This document shows, piece by piece, positions 13,847 to 26,174 of a stretch of 64,000 nt of DNA. The notes under the pieces were generated by a model. It saw only the letters and a list, made by a program, of their open reading frames with translations. It was not told the origin of the DNA and ran no database searches. A program made the translations under genes and the position numbers. How positions within the stretch are numbered: position 1 is the first letter of the stretch; each line of letters starts with the position of its first letter. The DNA is from Utricularia gibba (taxonomy: Eukaryota; Plantae; Magnoliophyta), in assembly GCA_002189035.1 (NCBI GenBank), contig NEEC01000002.1:6448001-6512000 (forward strand), in the 5' to 3' direction.

Positions 13847-16542
13847 TTATGTACCATTGTCATGCAGCTTCTGCTCCTCTCCATTCTCCAGATCTGGGAG
13901 CAAGTCAGCATGCCCTTGAGCTGAACTGATCGCAAACTCTGTGAGAGCACTCACAGCAAATGACATTCCAGCACAAAGCACTCTGACTGCTACATCCGCC
14001 ATTTTCTCAGCTGTCACTACTCCATCTTCCAGCTGAGAACCATTCACCAGGTCTAAGTTCCCGAGCCTCTTCGAACCAGCACTACATAATCCTCTGGAAT
14101 CTTCCCGTAGCTGCTGTGCATACATTGATCCCATCCCTGCAGCAAGGAAGTCCATTCCATCAAGAACTGGGGCTTCTCTGATGGCATCCAAAAATCTAGA
14201 CCATTGAATGCATGTGCTGAATATTTTCGGGGCCCCTGTTGTTTGGCAAGGAGGGAGCGGGGATTCAGATTTTCCCGAGTCTGATCGGGCACAGCGCATG
14301 AGCCACCCCGTAAGTGCATGCACGTAAGATCTTTGAGAAGTAATCCATGAGTTAAAGCAAGCTCTCCAATTCCTGAGCTCAGTCTCAAGGTTTGCCGCTG
14401 AAAAGGCAAGCTTATGTGGCTCTGAAGGTGGAAAAATCGTGTATGTCTTCGTCCTATAACACTTTGATGGTGTTCCTGCTAGCAAAATCTTGGCTTCATC
14501 TAGAGTTCGTTTCTGGCGTTGGTGGCATTCTGCCATCACATTCCACATACTTGCCAACCTGCGCATCAACAATTGAGCTGATTTCAGTTAGCTGATAATT
14601 GACATCGTAACTTAGCAAGCTGTTTGATCAAGGTTGTCACCGAATTCCTTCAAAATTACTACTAAAACAAAGGATCCACAAATCTCAAATACTGTAGAAA
14701 GCAGAAACCGGAAAATGTAAGAATGTTCTCTTACCCCATGGCGTAAATATTAAAAGAGAATAGTCATGGTATAAAAATTGCTCCTTTGCAGTAGAATATC
14801 ATATAGAAAATGAGAACCAAGAGGGGTGAAATTTGAAGTTTACCCCTGCACAATTTCCAGTAGCTGCGGCTCCAGCTCTTCATCCCTTAGAGCTTCAATC
14901 CTCATTGAGATATCCTCCACAGCATGTACTGAAACGTTTATTTGAGTTTGGAGGTCTCTTAGGGACATCATTGTTTTATGAAGAATTGAAGGTTCTCCCC
15001 CTTCCATATTCTTTAGTTTAGCGCATTTCTTCTCATATGCTAACCGGATGCGCTCACTAGCCTGTAAACATAAACAAAGTGTTGAGGTTGCGTCAAGCAA
15101 GTTTAGAACAGTTTCTGGCAAATGCTAGTCTTCCTAGTTGGTGGTTTCTTTTAGGTTTTGAGAAGCATACCCTAACTTGGTGGTAGAGTTTCTTTTCCCA
15201 AACATACAGTCTGTCCAGTGAAGATTGGTGATTCCCTGAAATTAAGTTTTCCTCAGAGTAGTCGCTACTGCTCTCATAGCCTACATCTTTTAAGTTTAAT
15301 GCACTAAGCAAAAACCGTGGATTCAAGTTGCTTCCTGCAGACAAGAGAATTTTGTGGCTTGAGAAAATCAGGATTGTCAAGTTTGCAACACAAAGGCATA
15401 TTGGAAATCCAGTGTTGACATGGTCCTTATGAGAGCATGATCAGACCTGAAACATCACCAGGCAATGATGTGTATCTGTATACAGCCCTTCTGGCCTTCA
15501 AAATGGATGACATTTTTCCAGCAGCTTCACAAGCAACCGTGAACTGATCTTCAAGGGCCTTGATAACTTCATCCATACTTGTCAGTCTTCGATTTACATA
15601 AACCGTGAATCCTGGGGGCTCATCTTTTGAATGGCAATCTGCATGAGAGGTTTCATTCTTATTCATATGTCCAGCACTTTGAGCTTTCATCACTTTTGTA
15701 CTTCCTCTTTCAGGTGAAGTTACATCTTGGATACCAATCTTTCCACAGATTTCGCTGATGCAATAACTGGATTCACTATCATCAGAATCTTCCATCACAC
15801 ATTCTCTATAAAAACTCATATCATGTTCATTGCCCTGCCCCATCTTGCTCATGCCATTGCCCACATCCTCAAACACACCTTCCTCTTCCAACTCCGGTAT
15901 CCCTTCCTCAGCTCTAACTTGCTCAAAACCGTCATTCTCACAATGCAACATTGCTTGATCTATACTGCCCCTGTTATGGTAGCCATTATAATCCAGTGAA
16001 GAAAACGGCTTCCAAAAAGAATCCCACGGAGAAGTCTGAGGTGAAAAAGGAGGATAATTCATCCCATTGCCCATAGAGTAATGAAACAATGACGAGCCCA
16101 CAGGAGATGCACAGATACTCTCCATGCCAAGATGATGAAGGGGAGAATAGCTTTCAACCCTGTAGTTTTCTGAGGATGGAGGAGGTCTCTCTTCAACAGA
16201 CACCGAGGGAGTTCCACTAGGCTTGCAGAAGTTCAAATTGTAAGATGATGAAATGGCTCCTGATCTGATTGGGGGCATGGAGAATGAGTTCTGTCCTACA
16301 GTTATGAAGCCTCCACTCGTCTTCGTCGGAGGAGTAAGCAAATGTACTGGGAATTCACGAGGCTCGTCTCCATCGATGTACTCTCTAAGCGCAGCCGAGA
16401 CTCTCTTCATTGCTTGCATATAAGCAACATGCGCTGCAGCAAATTTCAACCTTTGATCCACAGCCTGTTTGATGAACTTCTTTCTATCTCTGCACAGTTG
16501 CACAGCCTCCGCATCATCCAACTTCGACAAAGAACATCCCAT
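13847..16542 (-). CDS. DUF630/DUF632 family protein (4 exons)
   Basis: MGCSLSKLDDAEAVQLCRDRKKFIKQAV (DUF630); SSLDRLYVWEKKLY, LRDEELEPQL, MWNVMAECHQ and NWRACFNSWITSQRSYV (DUF632). Confidence 0.93.
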
Positions 16543-18755
16543 TCCCTTCAACCTCTACAAGCCCCAGATTATGTAACTCTCAAGAGTCTCAAGGTAATAG
16601 AAATCAAGAAGCAGCAGTCCCCACTCTGCCCCCGCCAGATTCATATGGACATTGGGACTATCTGAAACAGAACTATTGCAACAAAGCATCAAATGCTAAT
16701 GCCACCCAGTTCTAGAGTTCTTCAACCGGAAAAAAATACTCAGCAACCAAAAACATGAATAAGGTTCATAAAACTCCCAGAAAAACTCTAAATACAGCTT
16801 CCTTAACGATTCACAGTTTGGGCTCCAGAAAAAAAACAAAAACCATTGCCGATACTTTCTACAAAAGCACACAAACCAAAAACTTCTCCTCCTTTTTCTA
16901 GCAAAAGAACAAAAGGGATAAAAAGCGGAGAAAATCAAACCCACTTTGCAGAACACAAAATTGACGTTTTTCCATAAAAAAGAACAAGAATCTAAACCTC
17001 GTGGGAAAATGCAGAAGCACTGCATCTCCTTCCCAGGTTCAACAAGATACAAACATTTCAAACTCGAAGCACATTTAAGCAACACCTTCACTCCAGAAAC
17101 AAAAAGAACGATAAAAGTAGCTCCGAAACGCAAACCTCGCTCCATACCTCCAAACGCAGAAGCTGTGTCCCTGCCTGCCACCCTGATCACGAAAAAGCAA
17201 CGGTCAAAAAACTCGTTTGACGCCAACGAATATATAAATAATTTTCCAAAAAAAAGCAATAACTAATAAATGGAAAAAGCATTCAACCATGACGTCACCC
17301 TCCCTTTCCATTATCCCTCACGAAATCGTCATTTCCGTTTTATTTAAAGTTATTCTCGTGTAATTAATAATTCATCATATTTTTAATTATGGCGATAATT
17401 GTATTAGGCAAGTCATTATCATGACACTTTCCATAAATGGCGCATAACGAATTTACTGCTTTCCATTTATGTCATAAGGTAGGTAACCAATGATTGTTTT
17501 ATGCGAAATATTGATTATTTTTATGTTTTAAAATATTGGGATTAAAAACTCAGAAAATTGCAACATTTTTACACGTTTCCTAAATATTTAGACATAGCTT
17601 TTGAACCTATATTTTAAAATCGTAAATTAATCATAATTGAATCCTGAAACTAAAGCGATTAGATTAAATTCAAATTATTTTAAAAAGAAATAAATAAATC
17701 ATAATTCAATGAGCGTAAACTCAACTATGATTTAATCGTGATTTGATACTTTTTTTTATAAAAATTATTTTTTAAAAAAGAATGATTCAAATATGATTTT
17801 AATATGATTGAATTTATCAAACAGTCAACCATTCATGTAAATGGTTCATAGTTTTTGACTATTTAAATAATATCTTGAACCATCAAGTAATCTCATTAAA
17901 GATTTGATAATTTTGTAATTACACTTTTCAAGGATCTTGATAATATTATTTAATGATAAATTCTCTAACAAAAATAGCTACTACATATATTAAAGTCTCC
18001 GTTTAGGATGCCACTTTGAAATTATATTCTCATGATTGTGATTTTTGAAAATATGGAATGCGCATAAAAATTTTATCACATTCTTTTTAAAAAAAATTAC
18101 AATGAAAATGTGTTTTTATTAATTTAATATATTAATTATATTCTTTTAGTTAAGCAATTTCCCATATTCTTCATCATCTACATCAAATACACACCCACAG
18201 CTTTACTCTCCTTCCTTTGGTTTTAAATTTTAGCATTAAAACTTAACATAATAAAGACAAATATTATTACTATCCAACCATATGCATCAAGATTGTGTTT
18301 GATTACAAAATTTAAATATCTTTAAAAATAGTTGAATAGAGATATATAGATAGAATAATAATATGTAAGTGGAATGAGATATATTTAATCGATGAATTTT
18401 TGGTAGAATGAAAAATATTTTATTTATATAAATATGTAATTATAGTTTTTAATATAAATAAAAAATAGTAAATAAAAAGGATACCAAATCTCAAGTCTAA
18501 TATTTTAAGAATTTTATACTAATTAATAAAGGTATTATAAATATACTTTATACAAAATGTATAAGATACATTTAATTGGTTTTAATTTTATCAGAATGAT
18601 TTATAATTCGTGTAGATAAGCTAAAGTCATCGTATTATCGATGTTTGTTTGTGATATAAGGTGAAAAGGGAAAAAAATTAATTTTTTCTTTGTATATGTA
18701 TTAATATTTTTCATATAATAATATTTATCAAATATATTTTAAAAGATTATACTGC

Positions 18756-20885
18756 TTACCAGTAGTCATTGCAAGAGCATGAGTTGTCCCTGAAATAATG
18801 AAACCGATTGTTGTCTCTCACAACGATCTCTCTGTTCTCAAGCTTGGAGATCATCTTCACAGCATGATGACAATCCCAGCAAATCCTCAAGTTCTTCATC
18901 ACTCTTATCGCACTCCCCCCATCACTAACAACCAGACAGAAAGCAATCGCCAGTTTCTCACTGTGTGTGCCCACCATCTCTTCCTTCTCTTCATCCTCAA
19001 CATCTCTCAGTGCATTGCTTTTATCAGGAATGTAACCTGCTGCCCTCATTTTCTTCCTGATTTCTTTCAGCTTGTCATAGATTTCGGCGGTACGTTCATG
19101 CGACCGATCGCCGGCCATGAACTTGTGAATCTTCCCTTCATGCTCTACCCAGCTGAAGGCTCTTGCCTTTGTTAGTCCTCTTGCTTTCATCAGTTCCCTG
19201 ATTTTATTGACCCCTTTCCATTTCCCTGCAGATGCGTACATGTTGGAGAGCAAGATGTAGTTACCTGTGTTGTCAGGTTCGAGCTCGAAAAGCTTGGTGG
19301 CTGCAAGCTCCCCAAGATCTAGTCTTTTGTGTATTCTGCTGGCACTGAGGAGGGATCCGTAGACTCCTGCGTGAGGATCCATTGGCAATTCCTGTACCAT
19401 TCTCTTTGCTTCATCTAGTTCACCTACCCGGCCAAGTAAGTCGATCATGCAAGCATAGTGATCCACATCTGGAGCTTTTATGGATTCGAATATCTTTCGA
19501 CCTTGTTCTATGAATCCTGAATGGCTGCACGCTGTAAGGGCAGCTATATATGTTATGCGATCAGGCTCAATGCCCTCATCCTTCATTCTCTGGAGCAGCT
19601 CCAGTGCTTGAGCTGTAGCACCATGGCTGGCGAAAGCATTCATCAAAACATTGTAGGCAACCACATCTCTTGCCTTCATTTCAGAAAATGTCATCTTGGC
19701 TTTGTCAATGTTTCCACACCTGGAGTACATGAAAATCAAAGAATTGTAACCTGACTGAGTCAACCGGATCTTGCTTTTAGCAATCAGCTCAACAATGGAG
19801 TTCCCGTGCTCTAGAGCCCCCAAATGGCCACAAGCTGATAAAGCGTTTATCATTGTCACTTCATCTGGAGTTACCTGTTTTTCTATCATTTCATGGAAGA
19901 GCTCAATAGCATGAACTGATTGTCCATGTTGGGAGTAACCACCAATCATGGTGTTCCATGACACCACATCCTTGTTGGGCATTTCATTGAAAAGCTCCTT
20001 AGCAGAATTCAGTTTCCCGGCGCGCAAGTATGCCAAAATCATCGAATTCCATGTCACGGGATTCCTTGATAATCTCATCTCATCAAATATGCGTTGGGCC
20101 ATTCCAAGGCGACCGGATTTAGCATAGAAGTCAAGAAGAGCAGTCTTTACAAACATATTCAAGTGAATCCTGCCTTCATCTATAAGCTCCAAAGCTGAAT
20201 CTACTAGTTTTACATCATCATCTGATGAACATGAAGAGATGACAGCAACCAATGTGGTCTCATCTGGGCGAAGGCCCAACTTCATCATCTCATGGAATAG
20301 TCTGATAGCTTCCTCTGAAAATCCATTTTGTGCATACCCGGAAATCATGGCATTCCAAGAAACAACACTTTTCTCAGGCATTTTGTCAAAGTAACTCCTT
20401 GCACTTCCCAGATCCTTCAGGTTGGAGCATCCTGTTACCATCGTTGTCCACGAGATGACATTCTTAGATGGCATCAGCTCAAAGAGCTTCTTTGCCTCCT
20501 CCTCACGCCCATAATTCCAATGCCCCTGGATCAGTGCATTCCAATCAGCAGTGCTTCTGTCAGTCATTTCATCGAACATCTGGCGTGCTGACTCAATAGG
20601 TCCATACTTCCCATACGCATGAATCAATACATTGCGTATGTACTTTCCACCATCAATTCCTAGCTTAATCAACTGGGAGTGGAACAAAATGCCATTCCTG
20701 CCAAAAGCTTTGATCAACGATGGATACACACAAGGATCAGGAAATAATCCGCGCTTCTGCATTTCCTGAAACACCGCTATCATCTCATCAACAGCAACCC
20801 TTTTCCGGTAATACCTGATTAGACGGCGGCGCGTGAAAGGCCGTGCAGAGACGCACAAGGCGCGCCACCCACAAATTGCGGCCAT
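18756..20885 (-). CDS. PLS-class PPR protein with E/DYW domain (At1g14470-like), atypical N-terminus
   Basis: Intronless PLS repeats, HSEKLA...CWDCH deaminase motif and terminal DYW. In-frame ATG at 20885 has strong context (gccATGG). The start is uncertain (see findings). Confidence 0.88.
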   Translation of the reverse strand: MAAICGWRALCVSARPFTRRRLIRYYRKRVAVDEMIAVFQEMQKRGLFPDPCVYPSLIKAFGRNGILFHSQLIKLGIDGGKYIRNVLIHAYGKYGPIESARQMFDEMTDRSTADWNALIQGHWNYGREEEAKKLFELMPSKNVISWTTMVTGCSNLKDLGSARSYFDKMPEKSVVSWNAMISGYAQNGFSEEAIRLFHEMMKLGLRPDETTLVAVISSCSSDDDVKLVDSALELIDEGRIHLNMFVKTALLDFYAKSGRLGMAQRIFDEMRLSRNPVTWNSMILAYLRAGKLNSAKELFNEMPNKDVVSWNTMIGGYSQHGQSVHAIELFHEMIEKQVTPDEVTMINALSACGHLGALEHGNSIVELIAKSKIRLTQSGYNSLIFMYSRCGNIDKAKMTFSEMKARDVVAYNVLMNAFASHGATAQALELLQRMKDEGIEPDRITYIAALTACSHSGFIEQGRKIFESIKAPDVDHYACMIDLLGRVGELDEAKRMVQELPMDPHAGVYGSLLSASRIHKRLDLGELAATKLFELEPDNTGNYILLSNMYASAGKWKGVNKIRELMKARGLTKARAFSWVEHEGKIHKFMAGDRSHERTAEIYDKLKEIRKKMRAAGYIPDKSNALRDVEDEEKEEMVGTHSEKLAIAFCLVVSDGGSAIRVMKNLRICWDCHHAVKMISKLENREIVVRDNNRFHYFRDNSCSCNDYW

Positions 20886-21384
20886 GGCGGAGGAGCTGCT
20901 TAAGCTGTTTCCCTCTGGTAACGTTCCTAGATGAGCTATACAGGAAAGATCGAGGCATCGCAATCCAACACACACGATCAGACTGTAAAACAACAATTTA
21001 TGGATTCAAATGAAACGAACCGCCGTTGCTTCTTCGGAAATCGCGTGTTCTCACGAAACTGCCTGGATCTTGACTTCAAGCTTACGGCTAGAGCTGCAAG
21101 TTCGAAGAGTTCTTGTTCAGAAGCATCTGTGTGCAACCCAACCAGAAAAGAGAGATCCGGCGGCGAATCAGATGCTTCATTGTGGCGGGAGAATGGCGTC
21201 GACTTTCATCGATTGCACGAATTCTACTGCAAAAGTTTACTGTTTGATTGAAATGTACAACTTTTTTTACAAGACAACCAGGAAGTCTTCCATTCCTGCA
21301 TACTTTATAGATCAAAGCAGCTCTATGAATTCTCCCTCCATCTGAAGTATTCAAATGTGCCCTATGTACCTGGCCTTCGTTTCG

Positions 21385-24300
21385 TCACAGAGGGGGTGCT
21401 TGCTTTGCAGCAGCACGCTTTGAAGGGTCGAGCTTACGCCGTTTTTCCATAAATCGAGGCCGCAACTGCATAGACTACCCAGTTTGAGTTCCGATGCTTG
21501 ATCGGTTACAGGAGATGGCAGGGGAGCGCAGGGTGCTTACCAAATCCATATACTTGAGTTGTTTCAAGACTTCCTCGGTTTCCACCTCCTAAACAAGAAA
21601 GGATGGCACTCAAGAACAGCAAATGGGGAGCTTCAAGTAGCCAGACAATGAAGAATAATGGGAAAACCTGCGGTGCGGCACAGTCCGCACGAGCTGGATC
21701 CCAGGAGACACAACAGAAGCATTCCCAAGCATCAGTCTGAACTTCAAAAACAGGAGCTCTGCAGCACAAAAATCTTGCAAATGTCAGGAAACAAAAATAG
21801 GCATCAACCATAGTTTCTACAATCAGTTGAGCAGATAATGAAAAAGCAGGAACCTTTGCACCGATCGCAGTTGGGAAAATCCACGAATGCACAAGAATAA
21901 AAGTTGTTCATTTGTGTTTACCTGCGCCATTTTCCACAGACCACACCATCGGAATCTTCTCCAATGCCATCAAGAACTCCTCGGCACTGAATCCAATTGC
22001 CAATTGACCCCAGCTTTACCGGTTGTAAGGAACTTGGTTCCTAGAAAAAAAGATCAGTGTGTGCTCCCACCAGATTATCAAAAGGATGTCTGGGATTAGA
22101 CAAGTGAACATCCTAGTGAGCTATACCTGGTTGATACTGGAGCCGCAAGGATCTAGTTCCAGTGGATGACCATGAAGATCAGATTCTCTGTACACATACA
22201 GACAACGTTGGAGCCAGTAAATGCCATTGTGTTTCAATTGATAGAGAGTTGAAAGCATGCAGCAAAGGCACTCATATAACATGGAAAGCCAGTGCAACCA
22301 ACTTTGACTGTTGTAAAGGTCAGATAGCTACTACTCTACTAATCTGTGATGAGAAAGAACAAATGAAAAATGGGAAGGAAGGAAGGAAGGTACATACTCA
22401 TCATTGGGTCCATGCCAATGAGGAACATCAGCTTGATATTTGTCACCTATCCGAACATTGGACATGTATGGCTCAGTGTCCCGAAGTGTATATCCTAAGG
22501 ATCCTAACTCAGCATCGCATTCTGACTGACTATGTCTGCCATTTCCACTGCTCTTATCTACAGAACTGCTTTTGAGTCTGCCAGTCAGTATTTTCTTCCT
22601 TTTCATGCAAGACGAACACAGCCATTCCCCAACTGGTATGCCTTTGATACAAGGAATGCAACAGGACTTATGAAATGCATCTCCACAATCATCACATATT
22701 AACATATTTTTCGTACTATCCTTGCAGTTACACATCCGGCATGACTTCATACAGTAACTGCCACTGCTATTTCCAGTAGAAGTATGCTGGTTCATGTTAT
22801 CAAGTAGTCCTCGGCTTCTAAGGATTGATATGCATATATCCTTTTCAGACATTCCTTGTGCCTCCCCAACTACCAATGCACCGGAGGAGCAGTCATCAAC
22901 ATCATCCACACCATCATTCAATGGAAAACTGTGTTCCATATTTGATCTAGATGATGAACAATTTGCTACTCCATCTGCTTCGGATTTTGAGCTATCCTCT
23001 GAAATAGCTTCATCTCTGGAAACCAGACCATTAATGCAAAATTTATCAACCCCAATGCATTCGGATGTAATTAAAGGCATGGATCTTTTAGCTCCAATTG
23101 GCCTTTCAGCAGCACAAGCTGCACACTGATGGCCAGCCAACAACGGGTTGCATTCAGAACTGATGGCAAAACTATCCACACCAGTTGGTGTATCAGTAGT
23201 AGGTTGGTTGACAGGGGAAATAAGAATTTTCCTTCTACGCCTCCTTCGTTTGTATACAAAATCAAATGTAATGTTCTGAGGCAGTGCACAGGAGGCTGAC
23301 AGGTGGGAAGCGTTCCTGCTATGATTTAATAAGCACAAATCATCATCATATATCCTCCCTTCTGGTTTTGTGCTGGAAGCCAAATCTTGTTGTTGAAAAA
23401 CTGTTTTACTTGAACCTGGAATTAAAATAAACAGAAATTACTTTAGCATGAAGCCAAGATTTTCATTCACTAACCCAAAGTAATTTTTAAAGATCACGTT
23501 TATCCATCAATATAAGTGAGAAGTCAGTCCTGGATTGCATCAATCCACACTTCACCTGTTCTATCGCATTCCATTGAGTTCACAGACCGATCTCTTGCAG
23601 CATCACTCGGATAGTCTGAACCATAATCTGCAGAACATGGGCCAGAAAGAGAGAGGCCCTCAGCACGAATGGCAGAGTTACTCCGCAAAGTGGCTTCATC
23701 AGTCTGTAGAATGACAGGAGGAACAGAATTGATTCGTTGCCTCTTGCGCTGGTACACAAAATTGAGTTCAATTTTTGGGGACATTGAGCCAGAGAGGCAC
23801 ATTTCATCATCAATTGTTGTCCCTTCTGAAACTGGTTCTCTGATGGAATTCAAATGGGGTTGACAAACTGAACAATTCATCCAGTCAATGGAGCCTGACA
23901 TTAAACCCAACAGAAAAAAAGATAAAAACCAAACGACAGCATGAAAAGTCCCGTAGCGTTCATGCAAAAATGGCACATAGCTTGAATACAATCAGATCTT
24001 GTCGACCTAAATCTTTTATCCTTAAATTTAGAGCACCCTCACGAATCAGTTTCACAAAACCCAGTAGAACAGAAAACAATATGTAACATAAGCAGATGTC
24101 TTTCAAAGGAGATTCACCAAGCATACAACTTTGGCCTTCAACCCATCAAAATTTCCTCAGATATCAGGTTGATTTATCCAGTTTAAAAAAGAATTTCAAA
24201 AGTTTCGATGGCTGATCTGGATAAGAAAACAAGCCCATAAAATGCCTCCATCAATTCATTCTAATCCCTACATACAGAAATTCCAATGTTTGGTATTTCT

Positions 24301-24805
24301 TTTCCTTCTCATAGATGTGTAAGTACCCAATCAGAAACCCAAGGAAACTCTTCCAACTCCTAAAAAATTACCCGTCATCCCACAGGAATTATATCAACAC
24401 AGGATGAAGACCCTCTTTTAAAAAAGAAACAGCAGCAATCTAATCTTGATTCAAGTTTTTCTATCGAAACAGCATCAACCTCATACTGATTCCAGTGTTT
24501 AATTAAATACAAGAATATTCTTCTTCTTCTTTCTTTCTTTCCTGGTAATTTTGATTAAACAAGCGTTTCTTTCAAGGATTCCAGACTTCAAATCCGACTT
24601 GCAATTCTGCAACGACCCAGCAATCAACTAAAATATCCCATACATCCTCTACACCGGATTTCCAACAACTATTCAACCACAAATTACGCAAAACGAACAA
24701 GTCACAAATATTTCCAACATGCGCTGAAATAAAGCACGAAAAGCAAACAAAAAATAGAGATTACGATTTGGTGATACCCTTAATCTCACATTGCTGCAGT
24801 TGCAT
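21385..24805 (-). CDS. PHD-finger protein with ELM2-like and CW-type zinc-finger-like segments
   Basis: PHD CRMC..CDDCGDAFHKSC..WLCSSC; VRIGDKYQADVP; NWIQCRG..CGKWRRAPVFEVQTDAWECFCC. A 28-nt first coding exon (MQLQQCEIK-G, 24805-24778) splices in frame across a roughly 0.9-kb intron. Last exon LRPRFMEKRRKLD..PPL*. Confidence 0.82.
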
Positions 24806-26174
24806 CGGCAAACGTTATACGGCGATGTTCTGCCTGCAGGGCCCGAGGCTCCTAGACGGGGAAGTTTGGAGATAGAGGAACAGAGAGTAGACCAAAGTGG
24901 AGTACAATGCGGTTTTTATATAAAGCCCAGGCCAAAATATAAGATGTTGAACAGGGGCATTTTTATTTCACCCAACAACACATTCCTTTTCATAAACAAG
25001 CAAGATTGTCAAGAAAGGACCTCCATACACATCTGGTGCTCTTCAACGACATCCAGTACCAGTAAACCTTTCGTCCCAAAACATTCTGTGCTCCAAAGGA
25101 TCAACAATGGTGACATGACTTGGAATGAATTACGAATGTTTTTGTCCACATGATACATAGCCTTCTAAGTTTCAATGTTAATAGATTGTTTTTACATGAA
25201 CAATGGCATAAAACTAACACCCCATGTATGAGAGCTTCCACAACTACTCGCCCATCATTCTTGGACTGGGCTACCAGAAGAGTGCTTGTCCATGGGCAGT
25301 CTAAGCGTCCGGACAGCACGGCTCACATACACAACTTCGAGCAGCTAAGCTTTTTTTTTGGTAATGAAAAGCAATCAGTCATTGTCATGTGGCTGGACAG
25401 CATAGCAGTAGCACACTGAGTGCAAAAGTGAAGGTCCATCGCATCCGTAGATTAACAAAGGCCAGAGAATACAGGAAAGAAGCAATACATTTCTAAGACC
25501 AAACTGTGGGATTATAAAACAGAAAGCACACATGGTGAAAATGCTCCATGGGGAGAAATGAAATGCGGTGAATCATAAACGAAAAAATGCAACAGACAGC
25601 AGGACTTATGGAACTTGAGCGAGTATTTTATAATGATCTCCTTGAAACTTTACAGCCAACAGCTGATATGTAATGTTGGAGCATGAAATTCTTGCTAAAC
25701 ATTCAAGTGTTAAAGCTATTGGCTGTTACTTTGTTAATGATCCATGAGTGAAGAATGGTGGATAACCACAAATGGCTGTTCATTCCATGTGAGATTAGCA
25801 GCTCAATAATTTCATTGACACCAATTTCATAGAGATGTCCTGAAAATGCCATATTAATTATTGCTCATGTGAAATGAAAGAAACCATACAAATGATCTTC
25901 AGCAAAGAATTCTGACAACCTCAACAACCTTTGAGTTTGACCAGTTTCTACCAGAAACAAATACGAAAACGGACCTTCTTCACCTTCTTGTTAATTATAT
26001 CATCCAAGCGCAAGCTCCTCCATCGAAACAAGACGGAGGCAGCTTGTGGGAAGAAGATGGGAGAAAACAGGCACGCACACAAAAGAACAAAAAAAAAAAA
26101 AAAAAAACTATACACCTGATCAACACAGACTTTTCTTTCATGCTGTGTTGCTGCAGCAGCTTCTCTCGGTCCCT

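Noticed and set aside
16696-17259. 187-aa ORF upstream of DUF632
   Set aside because: Non-ATG start and Phe-rich low complexity, typical of a T-rich 5' leader.
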